Source: Spirochaetia bacterium
GTDB taxonomy: Bacteria; Spirochaetota; Spirochaetia; SZUA-6; Bin103
Assembly: GCA_965203515.1 (NCBI GenBank)
Contig: OZ241907.1
Span: 3,680,001-3,744,000 of the forward strand
DNA: 64,000 nt
Direction of reading: 5' to 3'
In this document: positions 37,490-47,250 of the stretch, piece after piece
Numbering within the stretch: the stretch's first letter is position 1
Layout: each line of letters opens with the position of its first letter
Translations under genes and position numbers: made by a program
The notes under the pieces: generated by a model
What the model was told of the DNA's origin: nothing
The model's input: the letters and a program-made list of their open reading frames with translations, nothing else
Database searches by the model: none

Positions 37490-38563
37490 ATGGCGGATGG
37501 AACCGGCCGGTTCGACTTCGACGAGCACTTCGGGACGCTCATGCGCGGATGCGCAGGGGAGTTCAGCTTCCCCGGCGGGACGGAAGCCGACGTCAGGCAG
37601 TGGCAGGCGCAGTTTCGGGAGCGGCTGCGCACCGTCCTGGGACTGGCGAACGTGGAGCGGGACCTGGCCGGATTCGCGCCGGCCGCGGAGTTGCTCGGGA
37701 GCGAGGACCTGGGATCGTATACGCGGGAGTCGTGGCGCGTGCGCACCGAACCGACGGTGCCGTTGCCGTGCTACCTGCTGCGGCCGAAGGCGGCGTCCGG
37801 CCGCCTGCCGCTGGTGCTCACCCCGCACGGCCACGGCCATCCGCACGTCTACGTCGGGCTCTTTCGCAGCGCGAAGGAGGAGGAGCAGATACGGGAGGGA
37901 GAGCGGGACATTGCGGTACAGGCGGTCGAGCAGGGGTACCTGGTGATCGCGCCGACCACGCGCGCCTTCGGCGAAACCCGGTCGGCGGCGGACCGGGAGC
38001 AGGACGCCCTGTCCTCGTGCCGGCTGCAGCTCATGCACGACCTGCTGGTCGGGCGGACGCCGATCGGCGACCGCGTGTGGGACATGGCGCGGCTGATCGA
38101 CTGGGCGATCGCGCACCAGGGCGCCGACGGAGGGCGCATCGCCATAACCGGCAACTCCGGCGGCGGCACCGTGTCGCTGTTCGCGGCCGCCTGCGACACG
38201 CGGATCGCCGCGGCGGTGCCCGGGTGCTATTTCAACACCTTCGCCGGCAGCATCGGCTCGATCCGCCACTGCGACTGCAACTACGTACCCGGCATCCTGC
38301 GCCTGGGCGAGATGCATGACGTCGCCGGTCTCATCGCGCCCCGCCGCTTCCTGGCCGTCGCCGGCCGCGAAGACCCGAGCTTCCCGATCGCGCACACCAG
38401 AGCCGCCTTCGAGCGTCTCGCCGCTATCTACCGGGCCGCCTCCGTTCCGGACCGGTGCGAGCTCTACGTCGGCGACGGCGGACACCGCTACTACAAGGAA
38501 CGTGTGTGGAGCTTCGTCGCGGAGGCATTCGCCGGCCGGCGACCGGCGTCACGCCGACCTTGA
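37490..38563 (+). CDS. Alpha/beta hydrolase (dienelactone hydrolase/acetylxylan esterase-like)
   Basis: HGHG, GNSGGG nucleophile elbow, GREDPSFP, GGHRY. Confidence 0.85.
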   Translation: MADGTGRFDFDEHFGTLMRGCAGEFSFPGGTEADVRQWQAQFRERLRTVLGLANVERDLAGFAPAAELLGSEDLGSYTRESWRVRTEPTVPLPCYLLRPKAASGRLPLVLTPHGHGHPHVYVGLFRSAKEEEQIREGERDIAVQAVEQGYLVIAPTTRAFGETRSAADREQDALSSCRLQLMHDLLVGRTPIGDRVWDMARLIDWAIAHQGADGGRIAITGNSGGGTVSLFAAACDTRIAAAVPGCYFNTFAGSIGSIRHCDCNYVPGILRLGEMHDVAGLIAPRRFLAVAGREDPSFPIAHTRAAFERLAAIYRAASVPDRCELYVGDGGHRYYKERVWSFVAEAFAGRRPASRRP

Positions 38564-38588
38564 TCTTCGACGTCTGGACGTCCATAAT
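38560..38588 (+). promoter_or_regulatory. Putative leaderless promoter of the DNA methyltransferase
   Basis: TTGATC-17 nt-CATAAT, 8 nt before ATG 38597; no SD. Confidence 0.55.
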
Positions 38589-38596
38589 CGTCCGAG

Positions 38597-39742
38597 ATGA
38601 GTGAGCAGGCGCCCAGATACGCTCCCGGCCACGTACGCGACGCGATTCTCGAAGTCATGAGCCTCACGTCCGAGGGCCTGTCAGCCAAGCAGATCGCGCG
38701 GCGGGTCGCGAAGGTCAACGGCCCGACGCCCGAGTCCTCCGTTCGGTCGTTTCTGCGTCTGAACACGCCATCGCTCTTCGTCAAGGAACGTCGCGGCGTC
38801 TATCTGAGAGCCGATTCGGCACACGGCGTCCAACGCTCGGTGCCCGGGTTGTCCAGATGGCAGGCCCCGTACCGCTACGGCAAGGCTACGCTGGTCCACG
38901 GCGACTGCTTCGACTGGTTGGATGACCGAGCAGACCAAACGATCCATGCCGTGGTCACCGATCCGCCGTACGGGCTTCAGGAGTACACGCCGAAAGAGCA
39001 GTCGAAGCTGAGAGCAGGCCGGGGAGGAGTTTGGAGACTGCCGCCTTCGTTCGACGGTCACGCGCGGTCGCCGCTGCCGCGATTCACCACGTTGACCGAT
39101 GCACAGAAGAAGTACCTCCATGAGTTCTTCTTCATCTGGACGCGCCTTCTGATCCCGAAGCTGGTGCCGGGGGCGAATGTCGTGGTCGCCTCCAGTCCGC
39201 TGCTATCGCACATCGTGTCCGCGGCCTTGGCGGGCGGCGGGCTGCAACGAAGGGGAGAGATCATCAGGCTGGTCATGACCATGCGTGGCGGGGATCGCCC
39301 CAAGGGCGCTCACGAGGAGTTCGAAGGCGTCAGCGTGCTGCCGAGGTCGATGTGGGAACCGTGGGTACTGTTTCGCAAACCGGTCGAAGGCAGGGTTCAG
39401 GACAACCTGCGGAAATGGCGTACCGGAGGATTTCGCCGGCCGTCGGACCGGTCGCCGTTCGGCGACGTCATCAGATCGGCTCCTACCAGAAAGACGGAGA
39501 GGGACATCGCTCCCCACCCCAGCCTGAAGCCGCAGGCGTTTCTCCGGCAACTCGTGCGGAGTGTGCTGCCCCTCGGTGAAGGCGTGGTGGTCGATCCCTT
39601 CGCCGGAGCGGGATCGACGCTCGCGGCAGCGCAGGCCGTGGGCTATGACTCCGTGGGCGTCGAAAAGGACCATCACTATTTCGAGATGGCTGCCAGAGCG
39701 ATGCCGCTCCTGGCCGAGCTTCCGGTCAACGGCGCGGCATGA
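38597..39742 (+). CDS. Site-specific DNA methyltransferase (N6/N4, beta class) with N-terminal HTH-like region
   Basis: TDPPY precedes HPSLKP and DPFAGAGST (beta order). Confidence 0.9.
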   Translation: MSEQAPRYAPGHVRDAILEVMSLTSEGLSAKQIARRVAKVNGPTPESSVRSFLRLNTPSLFVKERRGVYLRADSAHGVQRSVPGLSRWQAPYRYGKATLVHGDCFDWLDDRADQTIHAVVTDPPYGLQEYTPKEQSKLRAGRGGVWRLPPSFDGHARSPLPRFTTLTDAQKKYLHEFFFIWTRLLIPKLVPGANVVVASSPLLSHIVSAALAGGGLQRRGEIIRLVMTMRGGDRPKGAHEEFEGVSVLPRSMWEPWVLFRKPVEGRVQDNLRKWRTGGFRRPSDRSPFGDVIRSAPTRKTERDIAPHPSLKPQAFLRQLVRSVLPLGEGVVVDPFAGAGSTLAAAQAVGYDSVGVEKDHHYFEMAARAMPLLAELPVNGAA

Positions 39743-40349
39743 CTGTCGGTACGCGATAAAGCCACTTCGCGCGAAGCTTCTCCACCCCGTGCCGGTGTAG
39801 CGTAGCGGTCCGTGTCCCGAGTTCGCCTCTTGGATTCCTCCTGAAGTCATCGACCGTGACGTCGGCCAGATAGACTTCAGTGAACATGATGGGTTTTCTG
39901 TCGGTCGCCGGTTCCGTTTCGCTGTCTATATCATAGACGAACACACACATCCACTGATCGCGTGCTCCGTGCGTGTCGACGGCGCCGCCCTTCTTTCTTG
40001 TCGTCTTGATCTCGACGCCCTGGCTACCGGCCTTGACAGCGTTTTGAGCGTAGACTCCCTGTACAACGAGGTCGGGGTGGCCGTTGAAGTAGGTGTTCTC
40101 CGTAAGGACCCTCGAGTGTTTCGCCAGACTCGCCGTTACCATATCGGACAGCACGCCAGACATAATTGCCGGTCGAAGCATGTCATCAAGGCGCTGCAAT
40201 CCTTTGCTCACCAAATGAGAATTGACATCAAAGAAGAAGTCATAAACATCTTGCATCGCCGACTCGAAATCGCTGATGCGAAGCTCGTAAGGAAGCTGGT
40301 GCGAGAGATTGAAACCGTTCCTGTCGACCTCGCTCTTGGTGATCGGCAT
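39726..40349 (-). CDS. Putative type II restriction endonuclease
   Basis: HPDL...VEIK PD-(D/E)xK pattern, convergent and overlapping with the MTase, visibly AT-richer DNA, GAGGA RBS. Confidence 0.65.
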   Translation of the reverse strand: MPITKSEVDRNGFNLSHQLPYELRISDFESAMQDVYDFFFDVNSHLVSKGLQRLDDMLRPAIMSGVLSDMVTASLAKHSRVLTENTYFNGHPDLVVQGVYAQNAVKAGSQGVEIKTTRKKGGAVDTHGARDQWMCVFVYDIDSETEPATDRKPIMFTEVYLADVTVDDFRRNPRGELGTRTATLHRHGVEKLRAKWLYRVPTVMPRR

Positions 40350-40425
40350 GAGGTATCCTCTCACGTCCTCGTTCGTGTGTGCGGCGGTCGCGCAGCGCTG
40401 CCGTCTCGGCGATGTCGGACCCGCC

Positions 40426-41007
40426 CTACTCCGGTTCGATGAAGGTCTCGGCCAGCGCGTACACGCAGGAGCTGCGGTCGCCGCCGATCGAGGGGCGCCA
40501 GATGTCGCGCGTGAACGGCGCGCCCGGCACGCGTCGGCCGTTCAGGTGCAGCTCCGCCTCCTCGGCAAAGAACAGCACCGTGAAGCACCAGTCGCCGGGC
40601 CGCGGGCGGCCATGCGCGACGACCGGCGGTTCCCGCACGAACCAGCGCGCCGCCACCTCGGTGCCGTCGAACCGGTAGCGCCAGCCCTCCCCCGGCCGGC
40701 CCTCACCGATGCGGGCGAAGGAGGCGCGCCGCACCGGCAGGTCGCCGTGGAAGTAATCGCTCCGCCCGGCGAAGAACCGCTCCTTGGCGAACGCGGCGGC
40801 CGGCTCGTTGTCGGTGGCCACCACGTGCGCGCCGTCGGCCCCCGCCCCCGGCACGTGGATCACCGCCACGTTGCCGGGACCGGCCGGGGAGTGGCGCAGG
40901 TGGTAGTGGCTCACCACCGCCGTGTCGCCGGAGCCCGGCTCGCGCAACATGCATATCCAGTGCTCGCCGCTCCATGCCAGGGTTCCGCGGACGATCTCCA
41001 TTGGCAT
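40426..41007 (-). CDS. Hypothetical protein
   Basis: 193-aa ORF with natural composition directly downstream of trxB. Confidence 0.65.
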   Translation of the reverse strand: MPMEIVRGTLAWSGEHWICMLREPGSGDTAVVSHYHLRHSPAGPGNVAVIHVPGAGADGAHVVATDNEPAAAFAKERFFAGRSDYFHGDLPVRRASFARIGEGRPGEGWRYRFDGTEVAARWFVREPPVVAHGRPRPGDWCFTVLFFAEEAELHLNGRRVPGAPFTRDIWRPSIGGDRSSCVYALAETFIEPE

Positions 41008-41026
41008 CGGCAGGCAGCGCTTGGCT

Positions 41027-42019
41027 TTAGCCGTGTGCGTCCAGGAAGCGTTCGGCCTCCAGGGCGGCCATGCAGCCGGTGCCGGCCGCAGTGACCGCCT
41101 GGCGGTAGACCTTGTCCTGGACGTCCCCGCACGCGAACACGCCCGGTACGCTGGTCACGGTGCTGTGGGCGGCGGTGAGCACGTAGCCGGCGCCGTCGGT
41201 GTCGAGCTGGCCGTCCAGGAAGGCGGTGTTGGGTTGGTGGCCGATGGCGAAGAACAGGCCGCCGGCCTCGATTTCGCGTTCGCTTCCGGAGGCGTTGTCG
41301 CGCACGCGCAGGCCGCTGACGAGCTGCTCGCCCAGCACCTCGACCAGCTCGGTCTGCCAGGCGATGCGTATCTTGTCATTGGCGAGCACCCGCTGCTGCA
41401 TCGTCTTGGAGGCGCGTAGCACGTCGCGGCGCACCAGCATGGTCACCGAGGAGCCGTAGCGCGTCAGGAACAGCGATTCCTCGCAGGCGGTGTCACCGCC
41501 GCCGATCACCATCAGCGGCTTGTCGCGGAACACCGGCAGTGCGCCGTCACAGACCGCGCACGCGGAGATACCCTTCTGCCACAGCCGCTCCGCGCCGGGC
41601 GCGTCCAGCCGCTTGGCGGTGGCGCCGGTGGCGACGATGAGCGTGCGCGCCCGCACGCTCCGGTCGCCGGCGAAGACCGCGAACGGGCGTTCGCGCAGGT
41701 CCACGCGATCGACGGTGAGCGTCTCGATGCGGGCGCCGCAGTTGATCGACTGTTGGCGGTAGAGATCGGTCAGCTCGATGCCGCCGACGCCGGTCGGGAA
41801 GCCGGGATAGTTTTCGACGTCGGTGGTGGTGGTGAGCTGGCCGCCGGCCGCCACGCCGCCGGCCATGAACCCTTCGTACAGCAACGGGTCCAGCAGAGCG
41901 CGGCCGGCGTAGATGGCCGCCGTATGCCCGGCCGGACCCGAGCCGACGATGACGACGTTTTCCGTGCGGTCATCGCCGACCGGAACGTTGCCGGCCGGCG
42001 CGCCTTCGGTTCGACTCAG
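41027..42019 (-). CDS. trxB: Thioredoxin-disulfide reductase; start unresolved
   Basis: Open frame reads ENVVIVGSGPAGHTAAIY, GGQLTTTTDVENYPGF, CAVCDG, GGGDTACEE, GDVQDKVYRQA. No in-frame ATG/GTG/TTG lies upstream of the FAD motif: either CTG 42019 or ATG 41973 plus one missing G. Confidence 0.92.
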   Translation of the reverse strand: MSRTEGAPAGNVPVGDDRTENVVIVGSGPAGHTAAIYAGRALLDPLLYEGFMAGGVAAGGQLTTTTDVENYPGFPTGVGGIELTDLYRQQSINCGARIETLTVDRVDLRERPFAVFAGDRSVRARTLIVATGATAKRLDAPGAERLWQKGISACAVCDGALPVFRDKPLMVIGGGDTACEESLFLTRYGSSVTMLVRRDVLRASKTMQQRVLANDKIRIAWQTELVEVLGEQLVSGLRVRDNASGSEREIEAGGLFFAIGHQPNTAFLDGQLDTDGAGYVLTAAHSTVTSVPGVFACGDVQDKVYRQAVTAAGTGCMAALEAERFLDAHG

Positions 42020-42028
42020 AGGATCGCC

Positions 42029-42637
<609 letters not shown>

Positions 42638-42825
42638 GGGAGACTCCTGTATGCGGTAATGGGATTCGGTCAGAGGGTAACGAGCCGGCGGCTCCGCCGT
42701 CAACCGCCGCCCCTCACGGCGTGCATCCGCAGTTGGCCGGACAGTACGCCGACATAAGCGGCTCGCGGCACCGGGCGCGTGCGGTTGACTCTGGGAGCAC
42801 GTCAAAACTACGCTTCCGGCAGCAC

Positions 42826-43440
42826 ATGGCTGCTCCATCACCCGCCGCAGCGCGGGGTACCGCGCCGCCGGTAGCCGAGCTGTTTCCCGCGCAAGGCGAC
42901 TGGAAGGAAGGGGATTACTTTTCTCTTCCCGAAAGCAATCGTCTTATCGAGCTTGCCGAAGGACGGTTGATCATGCCCCCGCATCCAACGCAGAGCCATC
43001 AGTACGCCGTGCTTGAACTGGCCGTTCAACTCCGCCGCTTCGTGCAGCGGCATGACCTGGGCGAGGTATACGTCGCCCCCTTGCCGGTTCGTCTGTGGGC
43101 TGACAAGGTGCGGGAGCCGGACGTGCTGTTCATGGCCAAGGAGCATGCGGACCGCATGGCGGAGCAGTATTTTGGACCGCCCGATCTGGTGATGGAGGTG
43201 ACGTCGCCCGGTACCGTCCGCACCGATCGGGCCGAAAAGGCTGCGGAGTACGCTCGGGCCGGTATCCGTGAGTACTGGATCGTCGACCCGGACGCCCGGA
43301 CCGTGGAAGTGCTGACGCTGGCCGGGCGGCGCTATGGGCCGGCAATCCCGCAGGCCGCGGGCGACCGGGCCGCGTCGGCGGTACTGCCGGGCTTCGAGGT
43401 AGCCGTGGAGCGTCTGTTTCGCCCGCGGAGCGTCGGGTAG
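42826..43440 (+). CDS. Uma2 family endonuclease
   Basis: [39 protein letters not shown]. Confidence 0.9.
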   Translation: MAAPSPAAARGTAPPVAELFPAQGDWKEGDYFSLPESNRLIELAEGRLIMPPHPTQSHQYAVLELAVQLRRFVQRHDLGEVYVAPLPVRLWADKVREPDVLFMAKEHADRMAEQYFGPPDLVMEVTSPGTVRTDRAEKAAEYARAGIREYWIVDPDARTVEVLTLAGRRYGPAIPQAAGDRAASAVLPGFEVAVERLFRPRSVG

Positions 43441-43498
43441 TGGAACCGCCCGATTCGTATACCAACTAGCTGCGGGCCGCCGGATCTGCCCCACCCAG

Positions 43499-44803
43499 TC
43501 ACAGTCTATCGGTGAAAAATCTCGGCAGAATCTGGTCGCGAAGGCCGCGGAGATGGGGGATTTCTCTCTTGTTGGCCTCGATCTTATCCAGCAGCGGATC
43601 GACCATGCTGGAGAACTCCGCTCTGATTGCGAAATCCGCCAGTGCCACCGGCGTCGCCGCCACCACGGCGGGCCGGACGGCGGGATAGGCGCTGCCGTCG
43701 GCGAGCAGCGACAAGCGGGCAAGGTTGGCCGCAGAAGTGACGGCGCACCAGACCAGTGCGCGGTCGGCTGCCTCGCGCGGGCGCAACACGGCGAAGCCGG
43801 TGCTGCCGGTCAGGCCATCTTCGTCGACCAGCGCAAACGCGCCGTTTCCCGGCCGCACGGTAGCCATGATCGTGTCGCGTTTGCGGAGAACCCGTCGGGC
43901 GCGGCTTGGCGCTTTTTCCCAGGGAAGGTCCGCGCTCTCGATGTATCCCCACTTGGTGTTCGCCAGATCGACATAGGATAGTTCGGTCGGGCGCCGCTTG
44001 GCGGACCAGGACTCCGGATTGAGCGATGAGACATCGTGAACCGTTCCGTGGCGCCATCCTTCCGGCACTTGGCGATTTCCGATCCCAACGATGCGCTCGG
44101 GAAACAGATCATCGATGGGCGCCTGCAAGCCGGTGTCGCGGCCTGCCATCTTGGCGCGCACCGGCTCGAAATCGACGAACCACGAGGTGAACAGCGCCCG
44201 TGCCATCGCCTCCAGCGTCTCGTTCATGCGCCGGTTCAGCTCTATCTTGTCGTCCAGCGAGCCGAGCACGTGCCCGATGGCGCGTTGTTCGGATGGCGGC
44301 GGAACGGCAACCCTCATGTTTTCGAGGTCGCGGCGCGTTACGTGACCCAGGCCGGTCGTCTGCTTGTTCTTTGCGATGGCAACGAAGTGGGGGTTGAGGT
44401 AACGCAACAGGTAGTGGAAGAACGCGGTATCGACGTCGACCGGCGTCACTCGGAATACATGCTGGTTCAGCCAGCCCTCCGGTCCCCGCCACCGGTACGC
44501 ATCGATGGACGTCTCCGGTTGACCTGACCAGGAGAACAGCAGGTCGCCGGCGCGAACGCGAACCGCATCGTCGAAGGTCTGCGTCGTAAACTTGGTCTGC
44601 GCTGATATGCCGGCCTTGATCTCGGCGATCTTGATCACCGGTTTTCCTCCCGCGGCACGGGGGCTGAACTGGATATCCCGAAAGGCCAAGCCGTTGACCC
44701 AATGGGCCAGGGAGAGCAACGACCGTCGTTGCCAGTGCTTGGGAAACCGGGGGCGGTAGTGCCAGCTGGGCGCCGAGATGCTGCCGGCGGGGTCACCCGT
44801 CAC
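43499..44803 (-). CDS. hsdS: Type I restriction-modification specificity subunit (orphan)
   Basis: Two TRDs joined by PPPSEQRAI..VLGSLDDKIELNRRMNETLEAMARALF..WFVDF, VPEGW, LRD..LP; proposed leaderless GTG 44803 after TAGTAT. Confidence 0.88.
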   Translation of the reverse strand: MTGDPAGSISAPSWHYRPRFPKHWQRRSLLSLAHWVNGLAFRDIQFSPRAAGGKPVIKIAEIKAGISAQTKFTTQTFDDAVRVRAGDLLFSWSGQPETSIDAYRWRGPEGWLNQHVFRVTPVDVDTAFFHYLLRYLNPHFVAIAKNKQTTGLGHVTRRDLENMRVAVPPPSEQRAIGHVLGSLDDKIELNRRMNETLEAMARALFTSWFVDFEPVRAKMAGRDTGLQAPIDDLFPERIVGIGNRQVPEGWRHGTVHDVSSLNPESWSAKRRPTELSYVDLANTKWGYIESADLPWEKAPSRARRVLRKRDTIMATVRPGNGAFALVDEDGLTGSTGFAVLRPREAADRALVWCAVTSAANLARLSLLADGSAYPAVRPAVVAATPVALADFAIRAEFSSMVDPLLDKIEANKREIPHLRGLRDQILPRFFTDRL

Positions 44804-44813
44804 GCCCGAGATA

Positions 44814-46108
44814 CTACCCGGGGGCAGCGATGGCGGCATCCATCGTCGGGACCGGAGATTGACGGTCCTCGCCGGTGTGGCCGCCGAATCTGGCGCCGGT
44901 GTGGCGGTGGCGGTGATGAGCGGCGCACAGCAGTCGGAGATTGTTCGGCTCGGCGGCGCCGCCTTGGGCATACGGTACGACGTGATCGATCTGCAGCAGG
45001 TGTTCGGAGCCGCAGCGGCGCCCGGTGGTGCGGTCAACGTAGCTGCAACGGCCCCGGTCGCGCTGCCAGACCTCGCGTTTACCGCCGCCGAGATGGCGCG
45101 GCCGGTCCGGCCGATCGCCTCCGCTGCCGAAGTTTGGGGCCGCGGCGGCGCAGCCGGCTTCGGCGCCGAAGTTGTGTCGCCCGCCGGCTTCGCCGCCGAA
45201 GGAGCGACGCTGTCCGAACCGGCCTCCTGCTTCGCTGCCGAAGCGGCGCCGCGCGCCGAGGACGCCTGCGTCTTCGCCGCCGAAGTCTGCTCGGCGCCTG
45301 CGGCCCGGCCGCCGGTGCGCCCGCGCGGCGGCCGGGCCGGGTCGTGGCGGTCGAGCCCTTCCCGCACCAGCCGCGCCATGAGCTGCCCCATCGTCATGTG
45401 CGGGTCGACGTGGGACAGGAGGCCCTGGAGCCGCTCCAAGCCATGCCGGCACTCATCGTCGATGACCGCCTTGAGCTCCCAGCGCCCGGCGCCCAGCGGG
45501 CGCACCCGGTCCGCCGGCGCCGCCAGCTCCGGGTCGACCTCGGCCAGCAACCGCATCACCTGCCGGCTGCTCTTGCCGGCCGCCTGCTCCACCAACGCCC
45601 GCCGCGCCGACCGGTCCAGCACCGGCGCCGGCTTCCGTTCCGCCGGCTGCGCCGGTCCCGGCGTCGGCGCCTCGCCGTCCTGCGACCGCGCGGCGGCCCC
45701 GAACCCGGTCCCGCCCGGCGCGCTGCGCGCCGCGCGATCCCTGTTGCGCTCCTGTCGGTCGAAGGCGTTCTGCAGCTGCGCGGCGGCGTTCAGGGTCATC
45801 GAGCCGTCCTGCAGGCGCTCGCGCACGCCGTAGATGTCCGCGCAGAGGCGCATCGCCTTGAGGCGCCGCCAAGCGGCGGCATCGCTGTAGCCCAGCTCGC
45901 GGACCGCGTAATCGAAGAGGCTGGAGAACCCGCGGCGCAGGTACAGGCGGCGCTTCTGTATCTCGCGCAGGTGGTCGATGACGACGACTTCGAGATGGTG
46001 TTCGATGCCGGACAGTTCCTTGGTCCGCGCTATCAGACGGTCGTCCGAGAGGGCGGAAACGGTGGTCGTGATGGCTGCGCCGGCCGTGTCGGAGCGAGTG
46101 CCGTTCAT
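44814..46108 (-). pseudogene. HNH endonuclease with long N-terminal helical domain, frameshifted at about 45079
   Basis: N-term LYLRRGFSSLFDYAVRELGYS..AAWRR; the HNH domain REVWQRDRGRC...C...LQIDH..P...GG....NLRLLCAAHH is in the -1 frame (ORF 44814..45452). Confidence 0.8.
45119..45285. repeat. Five 14-bp hairpin-type repeats, consensus CTTCG-N4-CGAAG, with unique spacers
   Basis: Copies start at 45119 (one arm mismatch), 45158 (perfect palindrome), 45188, 45230 and 45272; they encode SAAE/SAPK/SAAK. Confidence 0.8.
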
Positions 46109-46147
46109 GTTATAAATATAATGAAGAAAAGTATTTAAGTAAAGTTA
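46109..46147 (-). promoter_or_regulatory. AT-rich leaderless promoter of the HNH gene
   Basis: TTTACT (46143-46138)-17 nt-TATATT (46120-46115)-6 nt-ATG. Confidence 0.6.
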
Positions 46148-46167
46148 TCAGAGCCGGTCACGGTCGA

Positions 46168-47250
46168 TCAACCGGCCGGCCGGCCGGCGAGGTCGTGCGC
46201 CCGGCGGCGCGCGCGCCGCACCGACGCGGGGCCGATGACCGGGGTGACGATCCGTTCCACGTCGGCGACCGAGCGCGTCTCCATCAGCTCCATGCGCAGC
46301 CGCTTGGCGCCGGCGAAGCCGCCCACGTACGCCTTGAAGTGGCGCCGCAGGTCGACGAAGTTCTTGCGGCCCGCGAACAGCAGGTCGTACAGCACCGCGT
46401 GCGCGAGCATCGTCTCTACCGCCGCCCGCAGATCGTCCGGTTTGCCGGCGGCGGAGAACAGCCACGGGTTGCCGAACACGCCGCGTCCGATCATCACCCC
46501 GTCGGCCCCGGTGCGGGCGGCCAGCGCGCGGCCGTGCTCCGGGGAGCGCACGTCGCCGTTGCCGGCGATCGGCACGCCGGTGCCGCGCGCCAGCGCGCAC
46601 GCCCGCCGAACCGCGTCCCAGTGAGCGGGCACCTCCGACCGCTCCTTGACCGTACGGGCGTGGATGGCGATCGCCGCCGGGCGCGCGGTCAGCAGCCGCC
46701 CGATCCAATCCTCCACCACGTCGGTGGCATGGCCGATTCGGGTCTTCACCGACACCGGCAGGCCGCCGGCCCCGGCGCGGGCGGCGTCGATGATCTCCAG
46801 CGCCAGATCGGGGTCGCGGATCAGCGCCGCGCCCGCCTTCTGGCGCAGCACCGCGCGATCCGGGCAGCCCATGTTGATGTCCACCCCGTCGAAGCCCAAC
46901 TCGACGGCCAGCGCCGCGCAGCGCCGGAACTGCTCCGGGACCGATCCGAAGAACTGCGCGATCACCGGCCGCTCGCACTCGGCGAACTCCAGGTCGACCA
47001 TCAGCCGCGGCGCCCCCGGCGAGCAGAGGCCGGCCACGGACACGAACTCCGTGTAGACGGCGTGCGGCCGGCTGCACGCCGTCACGATCCGTCGGAAGGC
47101 GGTGTCGGTGGCGTTGGCCATCGGCGCCAGCAGGAAGAACGGCCGCGGCAGGTCGTCCCAGAAGGAACGCCGGCGGCGCTCCGTCCCATCCGCCGGCCGG
47201 CTCGGCCGTTCGTCCGCCCGCGGCCCGGTCTGTAGTATGGTGCCGTTCAT
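46168..47250 (-). CDS. tRNA-dihydrouridine synthase (Dus family); start uncertain
   Basis: LAPMA, YTEF, DINMGCP, GAALI, SVKTRIG, HART, GNGD, DGVMIGRG..GNPWLF. Confidence 0.92.
   Translation of the reverse strand: MNGTILQTGPRADERPSRPADGTERRRRSFWDDLPRPFFLLAPMANATDTAFRRIVTACSRPHAVYTEFVSVAGLCSPGAPRLMVDLEFAECERPVIAQFFGSVPEQFRRCAALAVELGFDGVDINMGCPDRAVLRQKAGAALIRDPDLALEIIDAARAGAGGLPVSVKTRIGHATDVVEDWIGRLLTARPAAIAIHARTVKERSEVPAHWDAVRRACALARGTGVPIAGNGDVRSPEHGRALAARTGADGVMIGRGVFGNPWLFSAAGKPDDLRAAVETMLAHAVLYDLLFAGRKNFVDLRRHFKAYVGGFAGAKRLRMELMETRSVADVERIVTPVIGPASVRRARRRAHDLAGRPAG

Noticed and set aside
36407..38485. 692-aa dehydrogenase
   Set aside because: The N-half is antisense to the hydrolase gene; a strong RBS supports a start at 37384
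45119..45285. CRISPR array
   Set aside because: Repeats are only 14 bp and degenerate, spacers are uneven, the array lies inside a CDS and there are no cas genes; kept as a repeat finding instead
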